A DNA stretch of 64,000 nucleotides from Bdellovibrionales bacterium (GTDB lineage: Bacteria > Bdellovibrionota > Bdellovibrionia > Bdellovibrionales > Bdellovibrionaceae). A program made the translations under genes and the position numbers. Positions 51,201-63,700 of this stretch are shown piece after piece. The DNA is taken from contig JANMPT010000028.1 of assembly GCA_031370005.1 (NCBI GenBank), positions 128,001 through 192,000 of the forward strand. The letters run 5' to 3'. How positions within the stretch are numbered: the first letter of the stretch is position 1; the number at the start of each line of letters is the position of its first letter. A model generated the notes under the pieces. It searched no databases and was not told the origin of the DNA. It saw only the letters and a list, made by a program, of their open reading frames with translations.

Positions 51201-51506
51201 CTACCAGCTTGCCTTAGTTACGCCCGGCAATTTACCATCAAGGGCCAATTGTCTGAATGCGAGTCTTGAAAGACCGAATTTTTTATAGTTGCCTCGTGGT
51301 CGGCCAGTAATCTCACAACGTGTAATAACACGGTTTACGTTAGTGTCTCGAGGCAAGGCCTGAAGCTTTTTACGAGCCAAGGCCCTTTCGTCATCAGAAG
51401 CCTTTGCATCCACTGCTTTTGTTCTAAGCTCTTCTCTATGCTTGAAATATCTTTTAGCGAGAGCTTTTCTTTTATTATTTTTCTCAATACTTGCTTTGCG
51501 AGCCAA
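51201..51506 (-). CDS. rpsN: 30S ribosomal protein S14 (long, zinc-free type)
   Basis: 101 aa, [10 protein letters not shown]...LPGVTKASW. Confidence 0.96.
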   Translation of the reverse strand: MARKASIEKNNKRKALAKRYFKHREELRTKAVDAKASDDERALARKKLQALPRDTNVNRVITRCEITGRPRGNYKKFGLSRLAFRQLALDGKLPGVTKASW

Positions 51507-51520
51507 ATGACACCTATCCT

Positions 51521-52060
51521 TTATTTTCTGAATGGCATGCCGAGTGCTTCTAGAAGAGCTCTTCCATCAGCATCATTTTTAGCAGTTGTACATACTGTGA
51601 TATTCATGCCGCGCACTTTATCAACTCTATCATAGTTGATCTCGGGAAACACAATTTGCTCTTTCAAGCCCATGTTATAATTTCCACGTCCATCGAAACC
51701 TTTAGCAGGAAGACCGCGAAAATCTCTCACTCGCGGGAGCGCTAAAGTATTTAAACGGTCGATGAAGGACCACATTTTTTCTCTTCTCAAGGTCACACGA
51801 ACGCCAAGAGGAATACCAGCTCTTAATTTAAAGTTGGAAATCGCCTTTTTCGCTTTCGTAATAACCGCTTTTTGACCAGTTATCGCAGTGATTTCATCAA
51901 CGACAGTATTCAAAATCTTAGGATTCTGCACTGCCTCACTCAAGCAAACACTCAACACAATTTTCTCTAATCGAGGAACTTGCATTACATTTTTAGCACC
52001 CATTTTTTTCATCAAAGAAGGGGCAATTTCTTTGTTATATCTATTTTGCAAGCGATTCAC
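51521..52060 (-). CDS. rplE: 50S ribosomal protein L5
   Basis: [22 protein letters not shown]. Confidence 0.97.
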   Translation of the reverse strand: MNRLQNRYNKEIAPSLMKKMGAKNVMQVPRLEKIVLSVCLSEAVQNPKILNTVVDEITAITGQKAVITKAKKAISNFKLRAGIPLGVRVTLRREKMWSFIDRLNTLALPRVRDFRGLPAKGFDGRGNYNMGLKEQIVFPEINYDRVDKVRGMNITVCTTAKNDADGRALLEALGMPFRK

Positions 52061-52070
52061 ATCACACCTC

Positions 52071-52439
52071 TCAGAGTACTTCTGGAGCTAAAGAAACAAT
52101 TTTCACGAATTGTTTCGCTCTTAGCTCTCTTGCTACTGGGCCAAATATACGAGTTCCGATAGGCTCTTTTGACGCATTGATGAGAACAGCTGAGTTATCA
52201 TCAAAACGAATGTATGAGCCATCTGGGCGTCGCAACTTATGGATAGTTCTTACAACAACTGCCTTAGCCACATCGCCTTTTTTTACTTTTGTATTTGGAA
52301 GCGCCTCTTTAATAGAAACAACAATAATGTCTCCAATTGAAGCCACTCTTCTTTTAGAGCCGCCAAGTACTTTGATGCAAAATACTTCTTTTGCACCAGA
52401 GTTGTCAGCCACATTGAGCCTTGTTTGCATTTGAATCAT
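52071..52439 (-). CDS. rplN: 50S ribosomal protein L14
   Basis: [20 protein letters not shown]. Confidence 0.98.
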   Translation of the reverse strand: MIQMQTRLNVADNSGAKEVFCIKVLGGSKRRVASIGDIIVVSIKEALPNTKVKKGDVAKAVVVRTIHKLRRPDGSYIRFDDNSAVLINASKEPIGTRIFGPVARELRAKQFVKIVSLAPEVL

Positions 52440-52717
52440 AAAACACCCTGGCCTTTTACGGCCTCAACAACTTCACTTAGCGCCCAACGTTTAGTTTTGC
52501 TCAAAGGACGAGTCTCATAAATCTTTACAACATCGCCAATTTTTGCCGTATTTTTTTCATCATGAGCTTTAAACACAGAAGTTTTTTTCACAAACTTGCC
52601 ATATTTTTTATGCTTCACCATACGAAAGATCAAAACTGAAATGGTCTTATCCATCTTGTTACTGATCACTTCACCGATAACTTCGTTTCTACGTCCTCTA
52701 GAATTTGTTTCCATCAT
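52436..52717 (-). CDS. rpsQ: 30S ribosomal protein S17
   Basis: [16 protein letters not shown]. Confidence 0.96.
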   Translation of the reverse strand: MMETNSRGRRNEVIGEVISNKMDKTISVLIFRMVKHKKYGKFVKKTSVFKAHDEKNTAKIGDVVKIYETRPLSKTKRWALSEVVEAVKGQGVL

Positions 52718-52726
52718 ATTCCCCAA

Positions 52727-52918
52727 TTACCTAGCTACTTTTTTAACAATAGCCGTATTAATTTTAGCAATATCACGGCGAAGGTTTCTAATTTCAATTG
52801 GACTTGAAAGCTGCCCAATTGTATTTTTAATACGGGCCTGAAAGAGTTCTTCACTCAAGCCCGCTCTTTTCTTTTTAAGTTCAACAACAGATAAATCTTT
52901 AATTTCGGTAAATTTCAT
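52727..52918 (-). CDS. rpmC: 50S ribosomal protein L29
   Basis: [10 protein letters not shown]...RRDIAKINT. Confidence 0.94.
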   Translation of the reverse strand: MKFTEIKDLSVVELKKKRAGLSEELFQARIKNTIGQLSSPIEIRNLRRDIAKINTAIVKKVAR

Positions 52919-52922
52919 ACAT

Positions 52923-53330
52923 CTACTCCCGAGCCAAAAATCTGGTTTTAAATGGAAGCTTATGTGATGCACGCTCAAAGGCTTCTTTAGCCTGCTCGCG
53001 AGTAACACCATTCATTTCAAAAAGAACTTTTCCTGGAAGAATTCGTGCCACCCAGAATTCAGGATTACCCTTGCCGCTACCCATGCGAGTTTCAGCAGCT
53101 TTTTTGGTAACTGGTATATTAGGGAAAACGCGACACCAGATTTTACCGCCACGCTTAACGCTTCTTGAAATTGCAATACGAGCTGCTTCAAGCTGACGCG
53201 CAGTCATACGATGTTCCTCAGTTGCTTGAAGTCCATAGTCTCCAAAATCAAGGTTAGCACCACGAACCGCAAAGCCAGTAGCACGCCCAACAAATTGCTT
53301 ACGCCATTTAACTCTCTTAGGACTTAACAC
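52923..53330 (-). CDS. rplP: 50S ribosomal protein L16
   Basis: GTG start; [18 protein letters not shown]. Confidence 0.97.
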   Translation of the reverse strand: MLSPKRVKWRKQFVGRATGFAVRGANLDFGDYGLQATEEHRMTARQLEAARIAISRSVKRGGKIWCRVFPNIPVTKKAAETRMGSGKGNPEFWVARILPGKVLFEMNGVTREQAKEAFERASHKLPFKTRFLARE

Positions 53331-53982
53331 GGCCAGCCTCCTCAACTTCACGAGCGCTCAAAATATCGCCCTTATATATCCATACTTTGAGACCAATAAT
53401 ACCGTATGTAGTCAAGGCCTCAGCCGTACCGTAATCAATATCCGCTCTCAAAGTATGCAAGGGTACGCTCTTCTCGTTGTACCACTCAGAACGAGCAATT
53501 TCAGCACCATCAAGACGGCCAGATACACGTACTTTAATACCTCTAACCCCGCCTTTGATTGCCGCAGCGATAGCTTTTTTCAAAGCTCTTCTCCAAGAAA
53601 TACGCTTCTCAAGCTGAAGCGCAATACTTTCTGCAACCAATTGCGCATCAAGATCAGGCTTACGAACTTCTTGAATGCTCAAAAATACTTCATTTGGAGT
53701 CAATTTTTGAACATCTGCCTTAAGAGCATCAATTCCAGTACCTTTTTTACCAATAACAACGCCAGGACGAGCCGTAGAGATAATGATTTTAATTTTTTTA
53801 GCCGCCCGCTCCATTTCAATTTTAGCAACTCCGGCATGCTTCAATTTAGCCTTCAAATATTTTCTAAGGCGAATGTCTTCATGAAGATTCTCATAATATT
53901 GTTGGCCTTTAGCATACCAACGAGAGTCCCAAGTTCTGATAACACCGATTCTAAGTCCAATTGGATTAACCTTTTGTCCCAC
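53317..53982 (-). CDS. rpsC: 30S ribosomal protein S3
   Basis: [19 protein letters not shown]. Confidence 0.98.
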   Translation of the reverse strand: MGQKVNPIGLRIGVIRTWDSRWYAKGQQYYENLHEDIRLRKYLKAKLKHAGVAKIEMERAAKKIKIIISTARPGVVIGKKGTGIDALKADVQKLTPNEVFLSIQEVRKPDLDAQLVAESIALQLEKRISWRRALKKAIAAAIKGGVRGIKVRVSGRLDGAEIARSEWYNEKSVPLHTLRADIDYGTAEALTTYGIIGLKVWIYKGDILSAREVEEAGRVKS

Positions 53983-53984
53983 GA

Positions 53985-54317
53985 CTATTTCTCCTCGAGA
54001 ACTACGTTAATGTGGCTAGTCTTCTTACGAATACCGAAAGCACGACCTTGAGCGCGAGGACGAAATCTTTTTAAAACTGGTCCCTGATCAACCCAAATAG
54101 ATTTTATATATAGGTTATCAATGTCCATAACTTTTTTGTACTCAGCATTAGCTACAGCAGATTCAATCAACTTCTTAATCACGGATGCAGATTTTTTGTT
54201 CAGGAAAGTAAGAGTCTTCACAGCCTCATTCACACCCTTCCCACGAACAACATCAGCAACCAGTCTTGCCTTTTGTGCGCCTACTCTTGCATAATTTAGA
54301 CTCGCTTTAACTTCCAT
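53985..54317 (-). CDS. rplV: 50S ribosomal protein L22
   Basis: [11 protein letters not shown]. Confidence 0.97.
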   Translation of the reverse strand: MEVKASLNYARVGAQKARLVADVVRGKGVNEAVKTLTFLNKKSASVIKKLIESAVANAEYKKVMDIDNLYIKSIWVDQGPVLKRFRPRAQGRAFGIRKKTSHINVVLEEK

Positions 54318-54325
54318 AAATTCCT

Positions 54326-54622
54326 CTATTTCTTTGCCGCAGGCGCTGCTGAAGGAGCAGCTTTTTTCTCTGCGTGGCCATGAAAGGTTCTAGATGGCGC
54401 AAACTCACCATACTTGTGACCAATCATGTTCTCTGTCACGTACACAGGAACAAATTTCCTTCCATTGTGAACCGCAAATGTCAGTCCCAAAGCTTCAGGA
54501 AGAACCGTAGAGCGGCGTGACCAAGTCTTAATAACCTTTTTATCGTTTTTCTGGATCGCGTTGTCGATCTTCTTTAATAAAGAATCGTCAATGAACGGCC
54601 CTTTTTTTGTCGAACGTGCCAC
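54326..54622 (-). CDS. rpsS: 30S ribosomal protein S19
   Basis: KTWSRRS, GHK.GEFAP. Confidence 0.97.
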   Translation of the reverse strand: MARSTKKGPFIDDSLLKKIDNAIQKNDKKVIKTWSRRSTVLPEALGLTFAVHNGRKFVPVYVTENMIGHKYGEFAPSRTFHGHAEKKAAPSAAPAAKK

Positions 54623-54631
54623 TTTTTACCC

Positions 54632-55450
54632 CTACTTGCGTCTCTTAACAATTGAAGAGTCAGTACGTTTATTATGTCTAGTCTTATATCCCTTACAAGG
54701 TTGGCCCCACGGAGTTACTGGATGATGACCTTTACCCACGCCTTCACCACCACCAAGCGGGTGATCAACTGGATTCATTGCCATACCCCTAACGCCAGGA
54801 CGAATACCTCTCCAACGAGAGCGACCAGCCTTACCTAAAGAAATATTTTCATTATCAGTGTTACCAACCTGACCAACTGAGGCGCGACAAACTGTTAATA
54901 CCTGCTTCAATTCACCAGATGGCAAACGAACTTGGCAGTACTTCTCGCCTTTGCCGGCCAAAGTAGCACCCGCTCCCGCTCCACGACCAACTTGGCCGCC
55001 TTTACCGGGGCGTAGCTCAATATTGTGAATAGTTGTTCCAACTGGAATCGCACCAAGAGACAAAGAATTTCCTGGTTTGATATCCGCCTTGTCGCTAGAC
55101 AAAACTGCATCTCCAACATTCAGACCAACAGGAGCTAAGATATAAGCCTTAGCGCCATCGGCATATGAAATCAAAGCTATCCGGCAAGTCCTGTTTGGAT
55201 CATACTCAATAGCTACTACTTTCGCTGGTACTTCCAGTTTTTCGCGTTTAAAATCAATCAAACGATATTTTCTCTTATGGCCGCCGCCAATATGTCTCAT
55301 GGTAATTTGTCCATGATTGTTACGCGCGGCTTTTTTATTCAGAGGTGCTGTGAGTGATTTCTCAGGAGTTTTTTTAGTGATCTCCTTGAAATCAAAACCA
55401 GTCATTCCCCTTCTTCCATCAGAGCGTGGGCTAAATACTTTGATCCCCAT
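54632..55450 (-). CDS. rplB: 50S ribosomal protein L2
   Basis: [20 protein letters not shown]. Confidence 0.98.
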   Translation of the reverse strand: MGIKVFSPRSDGRRGMTGFDFKEITKKTPEKSLTAPLNKKAARNNHGQITMRHIGGGHKRKYRLIDFKREKLEVPAKVVAIEYDPNRTCRIALISYADGAKAYILAPVGLNVGDAVLSSDKADIKPGNSLSLGAIPVGTTIHNIELRPGKGGQVGRGAGAGATLAGKGEKYCQVRLPSGELKQVLTVCRASVGQVGNTDNENISLGKAGRSRWRGIRPGVRGMAMNPVDHPLGGGEGVGKGHHPVTPWGQPCKGYKTRHNKRTDSSIVKRRK

Positions 55451-55452
55451 CT

Positions 55453-55731
55453 CTATACTCCCTCAAAGAGTGCAATTTTCTCACCAGCAAAAAGCTTCAC
55501 ATAGGCTTTTTTCCAGTAAGGAACCTTAGTTGCACCGAATTTACTATTTTTAGAATGGCCTCTGCAGACACTTGTTCTAACGCTGTCCACTTTAACTTTA
55601 AAGTTCTTTTCAACAGCCGTACGGATTTCGATTTTTGAAGACTTCATATCAACTTCAAAAACATACACACCAGCTGCATTGTGATAAGTGTTTTTCTCAG
55701 TAATGAGAGGGGCTTTAATTATATTTTTCAT
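55453..55731 (-). CDS. rplW: 50S ribosomal protein L23
   Basis: [14 protein letters not shown]. Confidence 0.96.
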   Translation of the reverse strand: MKNIIKAPLITEKNTYHNAAGVYVFEVDMKSSKIEIRTAVEKNFKVKVDSVRTSVCRGHSKNSKFGATKVPYWKKAYVKLFAGEKIALFEGV

Positions 55732-56360
55732 CGCGCCTTCTCCAGTGAACATCTGTCGATTATCTTCGCAACAGAATCTTTTGTAATGATCGCCGCATCG
55801 TACTTAAGAAGGTCAAAAACATTCAAACCCTCTACTGGGAAATACTTGAATGTCTCAAGGTTACGACTTGCGCGGCTAAAGTTCTCATCAACGCTTGCGT
55901 CAATAAGCAATGCTTTATTCAATCCGAAGTGTTTCAGTCGTTTTTGAAGTTCGTTGGTTTTACCCTCAGACTTCATGCTATCGACAACAAAAAGCTTTCC
56001 CTCACTATGAAGATGAGAAAGCGCCATGCTGAGGCCCAAACGGCGTACTTTTTTCGGAAGCACATAGGCATAGCTGCGAGGCTGCGGTCCAAACATAGTA
56101 CCACCGCCTGGCATCAAAGGGGATCGATTAGATCCTTGACGGGCGCCCCCAGTCCCTTTTTGCTTAAATGGCTTCTTACCGCCACCACTAACTAGACCCT
56201 TTGTTTTGGTCATATGAGTGCCTTGTCGGCGACTCGCAAGTTGCCACTGAACTACGTTGTGAAGAATATCCTTTTTAACAGGAGCTTCAAAAACATCCGC
56301 AGCCAAGTCAACTTGACCAACTTTTTCTTTTTTCCAATTAAGAACGTTCACGACTGCCAT
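55728..56360 (-). CDS. rplD: 50S ribosomal protein L4
   Basis: KPFKQKGTG.ARQGS. Confidence 0.97.
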   Translation of the reverse strand: MAVVNVLNWKKEKVGQVDLAADVFEAPVKKDILHNVVQWQLASRRQGTHMTKTKGLVSGGGKKPFKQKGTGGARQGSNRSPLMPGGGTMFGPQPRSYAYVLPKKVRRLGLSMALSHLHSEGKLFVVDSMKSEGKTNELQKRLKHFGLNKALLIDASVDENFSRASRNLETFKYFPVEGLNVFDLLKYDAAIITKDSVAKIIDRCSLEKAR

Positions 56361-56361
56361 A

Positions 56362-57051
56362 CTATTCTCTCACTAATTTCACTAAAGTGTTTCTAGCACC
56401 AGGAACCGGTCCTTTAACTAAAACAACGTTTTCCACAGCATTGATTTCAACAATTTCAACATTTCTTACTGTAATTGTTTCAGAGCCCAATTGACCTGGA
56501 AACTTCTTGCCTGGCATCACACGGCCTGGCCAAGTTCTATTACCTGAAGAACCTGGGCGGCGATGAAAATGCGATCCATGCGTAGCTGGTCCGCCAGCAA
56601 AGCCCCATCGCTTCACTGAACCCGCAAAACCTTTACCCTTAGATTTAGAGGTGATTTTTACAAAATCACCCTTTGCAAGACTATCGATAGAAACTTGCGC
56701 ACCAAGCGAGGCCCCTTCTGGAAGATCCAGTCGAAGTTCTTTTATAAATTGAGCACCATTTTCAAATCCAGCTTTCCCCAAGTGACCTTTTTCAGATTTA
56801 TTGGAGTTCTTAGCTTTTTTGGGATGGCACGCCACCTGAATCGCCTTGTAACCATCTTTGTCACTTGTTTTGATTTGAGAAACAATCCAAGGTTCATAAC
56901 GAAGAACTGTCACTGGCACAGCCTCGCCCTGGTCATTAAAAATTGTAGACATACCTTCTTTGAAGGCAAAAATGCCATTGAGCTTTAGTCCTTGCTCAGA
57001 AGAGGTGTTTTTTGTTGGCGCTTCAGCGCCTGTATTTGTAGCTTCGCTCAC
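56362..57051 (-). CDS. rplC: 50S ribosomal protein L3
   Basis: KGKGFAG, HRRPGS, KGPVPG. Confidence 0.97.
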   Translation of the reverse strand: MSEATNTGAEAPTKNTSSEQGLKLNGIFAFKEGMSTIFNDQGEAVPVTVLRYEPWIVSQIKTSDKDGYKAIQVACHPKKAKNSNKSEKGHLGKAGFENGAQFIKELRLDLPEGASLGAQVSIDSLAKGDFVKITSKSKGKGFAGSVKRWGFAGGPATHGSHFHRRPGSSGNRTWPGRVMPGKKFPGQLGSETITVRNVEIVEINAVENVVLVKGPVPGARNTLVKLVRE

Positions 57052-57063
57052 GACTTACTCCTA

Positions 57064-57381
57064 TCAGACCGCTGACAGTTTAATTTCAACATCTACGCCA
57101 GCTGAGAGGTCGAGTTTCATGAGCTGATCGACAGTCTGCTGTGTTGGTTCTAAAATATCCAGCATGCGCTTGTGGGTACGCACCTCAAATTGTTCACGTG
57201 ATTTTTTGTCAACGTGAGGTGAGCGCAGGACTGTATAACGATTGATACGGGTTGGCAAGGGGATTGGACCAGCAACTTTAGCACCAGTACGGCGTGCCGT
57301 TTCTACGATTTCTTTCGTAGATTGATCTAAAAGTTTGTGGTCAAAAGCCTTCAACCTAATTCTGATTTTCTGACTTTGCAT
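57064..57381 (-). CDS. rpsJ: 30S ribosomal protein S10
   Basis: [20 protein letters not shown]. Confidence 0.98.
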   Translation of the reverse strand: MQSQKIRIRLKAFDHKLLDQSTKEIVETARRTGAKVAGPIPLPTRINRYTVLRSPHVDKKSREQFEVRTHKRMLDILEPTQQTVDQLMKLDLSAGVDVEIKLSAV

Positions 57382-57538
57382 AAGACACTCTTCTTTTGTT
57401 AAGGTATCGTAAATACTTGTAAAATCTAATCAAAAACACCGTTGTCCCATCGAAAACCGTCTCTGGATGGACCCTTGCGATCCTGAAATTACCCTAATTC
57501 AGAGAGTTTTTTGTAAACTCAAGTGTTTCAAGTGCGCG

Positions 57539-57568
57539 AGTATGCACCGAGGAGTTGAATAATGTCAA
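57539..57568 (-). promoter_or_regulatory. Sigma70-like promoter for the S10 operon
   Basis: TTGACA-N18-CATACT on the minus strand, about 160 nt upstream of rpsJ. Confidence 0.55.
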
Positions 57569-57589
57569 AGGCAAATCGAAAAAAAATAA

Positions 57590-59695
57590 TTATAATCGAC
57601 CTAGTTTTGTTAAAATTTCCGATTTCACTTTTGGAGGCACCACTGCGTACTCCAAAAACTCCATGCTGAAGTTCGCGCGCCCCTGGCTTAAGCTACGGAC
57701 ATCTGTGGCATAACCAAAGAGATTCGCTAATGGCACTTCGGCCAGTATGATCTGACCTCCACCCGGTTTCATATTCATTGAAATAATCTTTCCGCGGCGA
57801 GAGTTTAAATCTCCAACAACATTGCCTATAAATTCATCTGGACCCGTAACCTCTAGCTTAAACATTGGCTCAAGAAGCACAGTTGTCACCTTTTTTACAG
57901 CCTCGCGGAATGCCAAAGAGGCCGCCGCCTTAAAGGCAATCTCATTCGAAGACTCCTGACGAGCCTCCACAGCTAGCAGTGTTCCACGAACACCAATCAT
58001 CGAATAGCCAGCCAAGGGCCCTACTTCAGTAGACTCCCTGAACCCATTCTCCACGGCTTTGAGATATCCTGGCTGAATAAGAGAGGTCTGCATGACCTTT
58101 GTTGCAAACTGAACTCCGTCCGCCAATGCTGCCGGCTCAATCTTCAATTGCACCTTTGCAAAATGCTCCTCACCACCTAGTTGACGTTCGTAAACGTAAT
58201 CGATAGTTACTGAAGATGTAATGGCTTCACGATAAGAAACCTGTGGCTTTCCAACATTTGCCTGAATTTTGTATTCACGCAAAAGGCGGTCTATCAAGAT
58301 CTCAAGATGGAGCTCTCCCATTCCTGAAAGAAGAATTTGCCCTGTCTCTGAATCATTTCTGACCTCACAAGAGGGATCTTCCTTTTCTAGTTTTGACAAG
58401 CCTGACAACATCTTCTCTTGGTCTGCAGAAGATTTGGCCTCAATAGCTACAGAAATCACAGGCTCGGGGAATGTAATTGTTTCAAGTACAACTGGGTGAG
58501 AAGACTCGCAGAGAGTATCGCCCGTTCCTGTATACTTAAGACCAATAACAGCTCCAATATCGCCGGCCTTGAGAGACTGAATTTCTTCACGGGAATTCGC
58601 ATGGAGCTTTACAAGTTTTTGAATGCGTTCTTTTTTCTCCGACCGAGGGTTGAAAAGCTGATCACCAACCTTAACCTCGCCAGAATAAACCCGAATATAG
58701 GTAAGCGTTCCTGCAAATGAATCGTTGGCGATCTTAAATGCAAGAGCTGCAACATTCGCTTCGAAGTCCGTCTTACAAAGGATTTTTTTGTCTGGTTTTT
58801 CGGGATCATGACCTTCCATTGGCGGAACATCTAAAGGGGATGGGAGATAGTCAATTACCCCATCAAGGAGTGGCTGCACTCCTCTGTTTTTAAAGGCAGC
58901 ACCACAGAAGGTCGGGACTGCTTTGAGAGCCAAGGTCCCTTTTCTAAGGGCTGCTTTTAGCTCAGAAACGGTAACGTCTTCCTCGTTTAAATATTTTTCC
59001 AAAAGGGCATCGTCAAATTCGACAATTTTTTCAATAACCTCAAGACGATATTTTTCAACTTCTGTCTTCATCTCTTCAGGCACATCCGTGATTATGAATT
59101 GCTCATCTTTACCACCTGTGTCCCAAATGTAGGCTTTGTTTTCTAAAAGATCTACAACACCTTTAAATGTATCTTCAATGCCCACAGGAACCTGAACAGC
59201 AATAGGATTTCCCCCGAGCTTTTCTTTGATGGAGTTCAAGCTCATTACAAAGTCTGCACCAACTCGATCCATTTTATTTATGAAGCAAATACGAGGAACA
59301 TGATACTTATCAGCCTGTCGCCAGACTGTTTCTGATTGAGGCTCCACCCCATTCACACCATCGAAAACAGTGATCGCTCCATCGAGAACACGAAGTGAAC
59401 GTTCCACTTCAATAGTGAAGTCGACATGGCCTGGGGTGTCGATGATATTAACACGGTAATCTTTCCAAAAGCACATTGTGGCAGCAGAAGTGATTGTAAT
59501 ACCACGCTCTTGCTCCTGGACCATCCAATCCATGGTGGCCGCACCATCGTGGACTTCACCAATTTTATGACTTTTGCCTGTGTAATAAAGAATTCGCTCT
59601 GTGGTGGTCGTTTTCCCGGCATCAATATGAGCCATGATGCCGATATTACGGGTGAACTTTAGATCAGCTACAATTTTGGGATCTTTCGCTGACAT
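57590..59695 (-). CDS. fusA: Elongation factor G (divergent domain IV)
   Basis: [27 protein letters not shown]; follows rpsG. Confidence 0.95.
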   Translation of the reverse strand: MSAKDPKIVADLKFTRNIGIMAHIDAGKTTTTERILYYTGKSHKIGEVHDGAATMDWMVQEQERGITITSAATMCFWKDYRVNIIDTPGHVDFTIEVERSLRVLDGAITVFDGVNGVEPQSETVWRQADKYHVPRICFINKMDRVGADFVMSLNSIKEKLGGNPIAVQVPVGIEDTFKGVVDLLENKAYIWDTGGKDEQFIITDVPEEMKTEVEKYRLEVIEKIVEFDDALLEKYLNEEDVTVSELKAALRKGTLALKAVPTFCGAAFKNRGVQPLLDGVIDYLPSPLDVPPMEGHDPEKPDKKILCKTDFEANVAALAFKIANDSFAGTLTYIRVYSGEVKVGDQLFNPRSEKKERIQKLVKLHANSREEIQSLKAGDIGAVIGLKYTGTGDTLCESSHPVVLETITFPEPVISVAIEAKSSADQEKMLSGLSKLEKEDPSCEVRNDSETGQILLSGMGELHLEILIDRLLREYKIQANVGKPQVSYREAITSSVTIDYVYERQLGGEEHFAKVQLKIEPAALADGVQFATKVMQTSLIQPGYLKAVENGFRESTEVGPLAGYSMIGVRGTLLAVEARQESSNEIAFKAAASLAFREAVKKVTTVLLEPMFKLEVTGPDEFIGNVVGDLNSRRGKIISMNMKPGGGQIILAEVPLANLFGYATDVRSLSQGRANFSMEFLEYAVVPPKVKSEILTKLGRL

Positions 59696-59704
59696 TAGAA
59701 AGAA

Positions 59705-60178
59705 TTACCAATTGTAGTGAGAGAATGCCTTATTCGCCTCAGCCATTCTATGAACGTCATCTTTCTTTTTAATAGAGTTTCCTCTGTTATTGAAAGCATC
59801 CATCAGTTCAGCAGCAAGACGTTTTGAGAAGTCTTTTTCCCCACGCTCACGTGAGTAAGAGATCAACCACCTCATTGCCAAGGCAAGGCGACGAGAGGGA
59901 CGCACGTCTACGGGAACTTGGTAAGTGGCTCCGCCTACACGACGAGAGCGAACTTCGATAGAAGGTTTTACGTTTTCCAATGCTTTCTTTAAGATAGCAA
60001 TTGGCTCTTCATTAGGTATTTTGCCTTTGAGCTCTTCAAGGGCTCCATAGAAAAGCGCTTGGGCAACACCCTTTTTTCCTTGGATCATCATTTTGTTAAC
60101 GAATTTCGCAACAACAAGATCTTTGAAAACTGGGTCTGGAATAATTTCTCTTTTAAAGGTCTTTTTACGACGTGACAT
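59705..60178 (-). CDS. rpsG: 30S ribosomal protein S7
   Basis: [22 protein letters not shown]. Confidence 0.98.
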   Translation of the reverse strand: MSRRKKTFKREIIPDPVFKDLVVAKFVNKMMIQGKKGVAQALFYGALEELKGKIPNEEPIAILKKALENVKPSIEVRSRRVGGATYQVPVDVRPSRRLALAMRWLISYSRERGEKDFSKRLAAELMDAFNNRGNSIKKKDDVHRMAEANKAFSHYNW

Positions 60179-60197
60179 TTTTATAACCTCTTAATGA

Positions 60198-60572
60198 CTA
60201 TTTCTTAGGTCGTTTAGCGCCATATTTAGATCGCGAACGAAGACGTCCGTTAACACCCTGAAGGTCCAATACACCGCGAATAATATGATAGCGAACACCA
60301 GGTAAATCTTTTACACGACCACCGCGAATCAAAACTACGCTATGCTCTTGTAAGTTATGACCAATTCCAGGAATGTAAGATGTCACTTCATAACCATTAG
60401 ACAATCTAACACGAGCTACTTTTCTCAAAGCAGAATTCGGCTTCTTTGGAGTCGTCGTATATACGCGGGTACAAACACCACGGCGCTGAGGACATTGAGT
60501 CAGAGCTGGCGACTTCGTTTGGTTCTTTTGAACAATACGCTCACTTTTGATGAGCTGATTAATTGTTGGCAC
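60198..60572 (-). CDS. rpsL: 30S ribosomal protein S12
   Basis: [20 protein letters not shown]. Confidence 0.98.
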   Translation of the reverse strand: MPTINQLIKSERIVQKNQTKSPALTQCPQRRGVCTRVYTTTPKKPNSALRKVARVRLSNGYEVTSYIPGIGHNLQEHSVVLIRGGRVKDLPGVRYHIIRGVLDLQGVNGRLRSRSKYGAKRPKK

Positions 60573-60710
60573 TTTTTACCCCTTATAACAATTATTCCCA
60601 ATATACGGATCAGGAACCTAACCCTCGATCATCAACGGGTCAAGTCCTAGTTTATAAATTTTGTACTCAAGAAGCCGTTTCCAGCTCCTCCCACTTAAAT
60701 AATTACATGC

Positions 60711-63700
60711 CTAAGGTGCTGCCGTTACTGGTACACCACCTGGTAGAGGGGCAGTGAAAACCACATCGTCATCTTCCTTAACAACAACTTTCCAACGCTT
60801 GTAAGAGGTTAAACCAGTGCCGGCAGGAATTAATCGGCCCATGATAATATTCTCTTTGAGTCCCCTGAGATAATCAGTTCTGGAGTTAATTGCCGCTTCC
60901 GTAAGAACCTTGGTAGTCTCTTGGAAAGATGCCGCAGAAATCCAACTATCTGTGCTGAGAGAAACTTTTGTGATACCAAGGAGCAATGGTGCGTAGGTCG
61001 CAGCTTGGCCGCCTTCACTATTCACACGTTTCATCTCTTGCTCAAAGGCATATTTCTCAACCTGCTCACCAGCTAAGAAACGTGTATCACCCGGATCACG
61101 AACCTCAACTTTGCGAAGCATTTGACGAACAATCACTTCAATATGCTTGTCATTAATACCGACACCCTGAAGTCTGTAAACTTCTTGAATTTCATTCACA
61201 AGATACGCTGACAATGCTTTTTCACCGAGTACAGATAGGATATCATGCGGATTCGTAGGCCCATCCATAAGGGCCTCTCCGGCTCTTACGTACTCGCCCT
61301 CACGAACAGCCACGTGCTTACCTTTAGGGATAAGATATTCTTTTTGCTCACCCACTTCAGGAGTTACGATTACACGCTGTTTACCCTTCACATCTTTACC
61401 AAAAGTCACATAGCCATCGATCTCAGAAATAATTGCAGCTTCTTTTGGTTTACGAGCCTCAAAAAGCTCAGCAACCCGCGGAAGACCACCCGTGATATCC
61501 TTCGTTTTAGAAGCCTCACGATGCATTTTTGCAACTACATCACCAGCATGAACCTCTTGTCCATCAGCAACAAGTAGCTGAGCCCCAACAGGAATCAAAT
61601 ATCGCGCAGGTATATCACGCCCTGGCAATATTAATGGTTTAGTGTTTGCATCAGTCAGGAACACTGTCGGCTTAACATCTGAAGATTTACTTTCAATAAT
61701 AACTTTTGTCGCAAAACCGGTTACAGCATCAACCTGCTCGGTCATGGTCGCGCCCTCTTCGATATCTTGATATGCAATCTTACCAGTCAACTCGGCAATG
61801 ATTGGATTTGAATAAGGATCCCATTCTGCAACAGTACTTCCTTTTACAATCTTTTCGCCTTCCTTGAAGCTAAGAACAGCACCATATACAAGCTTAAATC
61901 TTTCTCTTTCACGACCAGATTCATCGATAACAAGCGCCTCGCCATTACGATTCATAACAGTTAGCTTGCCCTGACGATTTGAAACCGCGTGTACATTTGT
62001 TAATTTAACTGTTCCATCATAACGAGTCGTATGAACGGATTGCTCAACCGAACGAGAGGCTGCACCACCTAAGTGAAAGGTTCTCATCGTCAACTGCGTA
62101 CCAGGCTCACCAATTGATTGAGCGGCAATGATACCGACAGTCTCGCCCATATTGACTGTGGCTCCACGAGCCAAGTCGCGACCATAACATCGGATACAAA
62201 CTCCACGAAGAGATTGGCAGGTCAATGCCGAACGAATAACCACTTTATCAATGCCTAGCCCCTCAACCTTCTTCACGTCGTTCTCAGTGAACTCATGATT
62301 GGCAGGAATCACTACGCTATTATTATATGGATCTAAAATATCTTTCAATGCAGTTCGACCAAGAAGCCGTTCGCCGATTGGCTGAATTATTTCCCCGGCC
62401 TCATAGAGTGGAGTCACTTCCAAACCATCCGTTGTGCCACAATCAGTTTCGCTAACTACTACGTCTTGGGCGACATCCACCAAACGACGTGTCAAGTAGC
62501 CAGAGTTCGCTGTTTTCAGGGCGGTATCGGCTAAGCCTTTACGCGCACCGTGCGTAGAAATGAAGTACTGAAGGACTGTCAATCCTTCACGGAAGTTCGC
62601 CGTGATCGGAGTCTCGATGATCTCACCAGAGGGCTTCGCCATCAAACCCCGCATACCACCCAGCTGTCGAATCTGATTCGCTGATCCACGGGCTCCGGAA
62701 TCAGCCATAATGAATATCGGATTGAAGGAAGGTCCTACGGTCTCTTTGCCATCAATAATAAACTTTTGTTTCTCAATGGCATTCATACCTTCTTTAGCAA
62801 CACGGTCAGCAGTTTGAGCCCAGATATCCACCACTTTATTGTAGCGCTCACCATCGGTAATCAAACCTTCATCGTACTGCTGTTGAATTTCCTGAACATG
62901 CTTCTCAGCTTCGCCAATCAAAGTAGCTTTGGCGACAGGGATAACCATGTCATCAATACAAATAGACATACCTGCGGCAGTTGAGTATTTAAAGCCAAGC
63001 TCCATAATTTTATCAGCTAAAATACAAGTCGCTTTCGCACCGGCAAGACGGAAAGTCTTATCAATCAACGCCGCGATTTGCTTCTTGTTCATCACCAGGT
63101 TCACTTCATTAAAAGGAACTTCGCGAGGGACTGAGTCAGAAAGAATTGCACGTCCAACAGTTGTCTCTTCAAGTTTTCCATTGATACGTACCTTACAAGT
63201 AGATTGAAGGTCTACAAGGCCTGTTTCATAAGCGTATTGCGCCTCTGTAACACCTGAGAAAATCTTACCTGTCCCTTTTGCCCCTGGTCGAGAGCGAGTC
63301 AACCAATACATTCCCAAGATAATATCTTGAGATGGATTGATGATCGGTTTGCCAGACGCGGGTGAAAGAATATTGTTAGTCGACATCATCAAAACGCGGG
63401 CTTCCACCTGAGCTTCTACTGACAGCGGGACGTGAACAGCCATTTGGTCACCATCGAAGTCAGCATTGAATGCCGTACAAACGAGTGGGTGTAATTGAAT
63501 CGCTTTACCCTCATGTAGAACAGGCTCAAAAGCCTGAATTCCAAGTCTGTGAAGCGTTGGTGCGCGATTCAAGAGAACCGGATGCTCCTTAACCACGTCA
63601 GAAAGGATATCCCAAACCTCAACTGCTTGTTGCTCCACAATTTTCTTAGATTGCTTAATTGTAGTCGAAAAACCTTTTTCCTCGAGCTTGTTGTACACAA

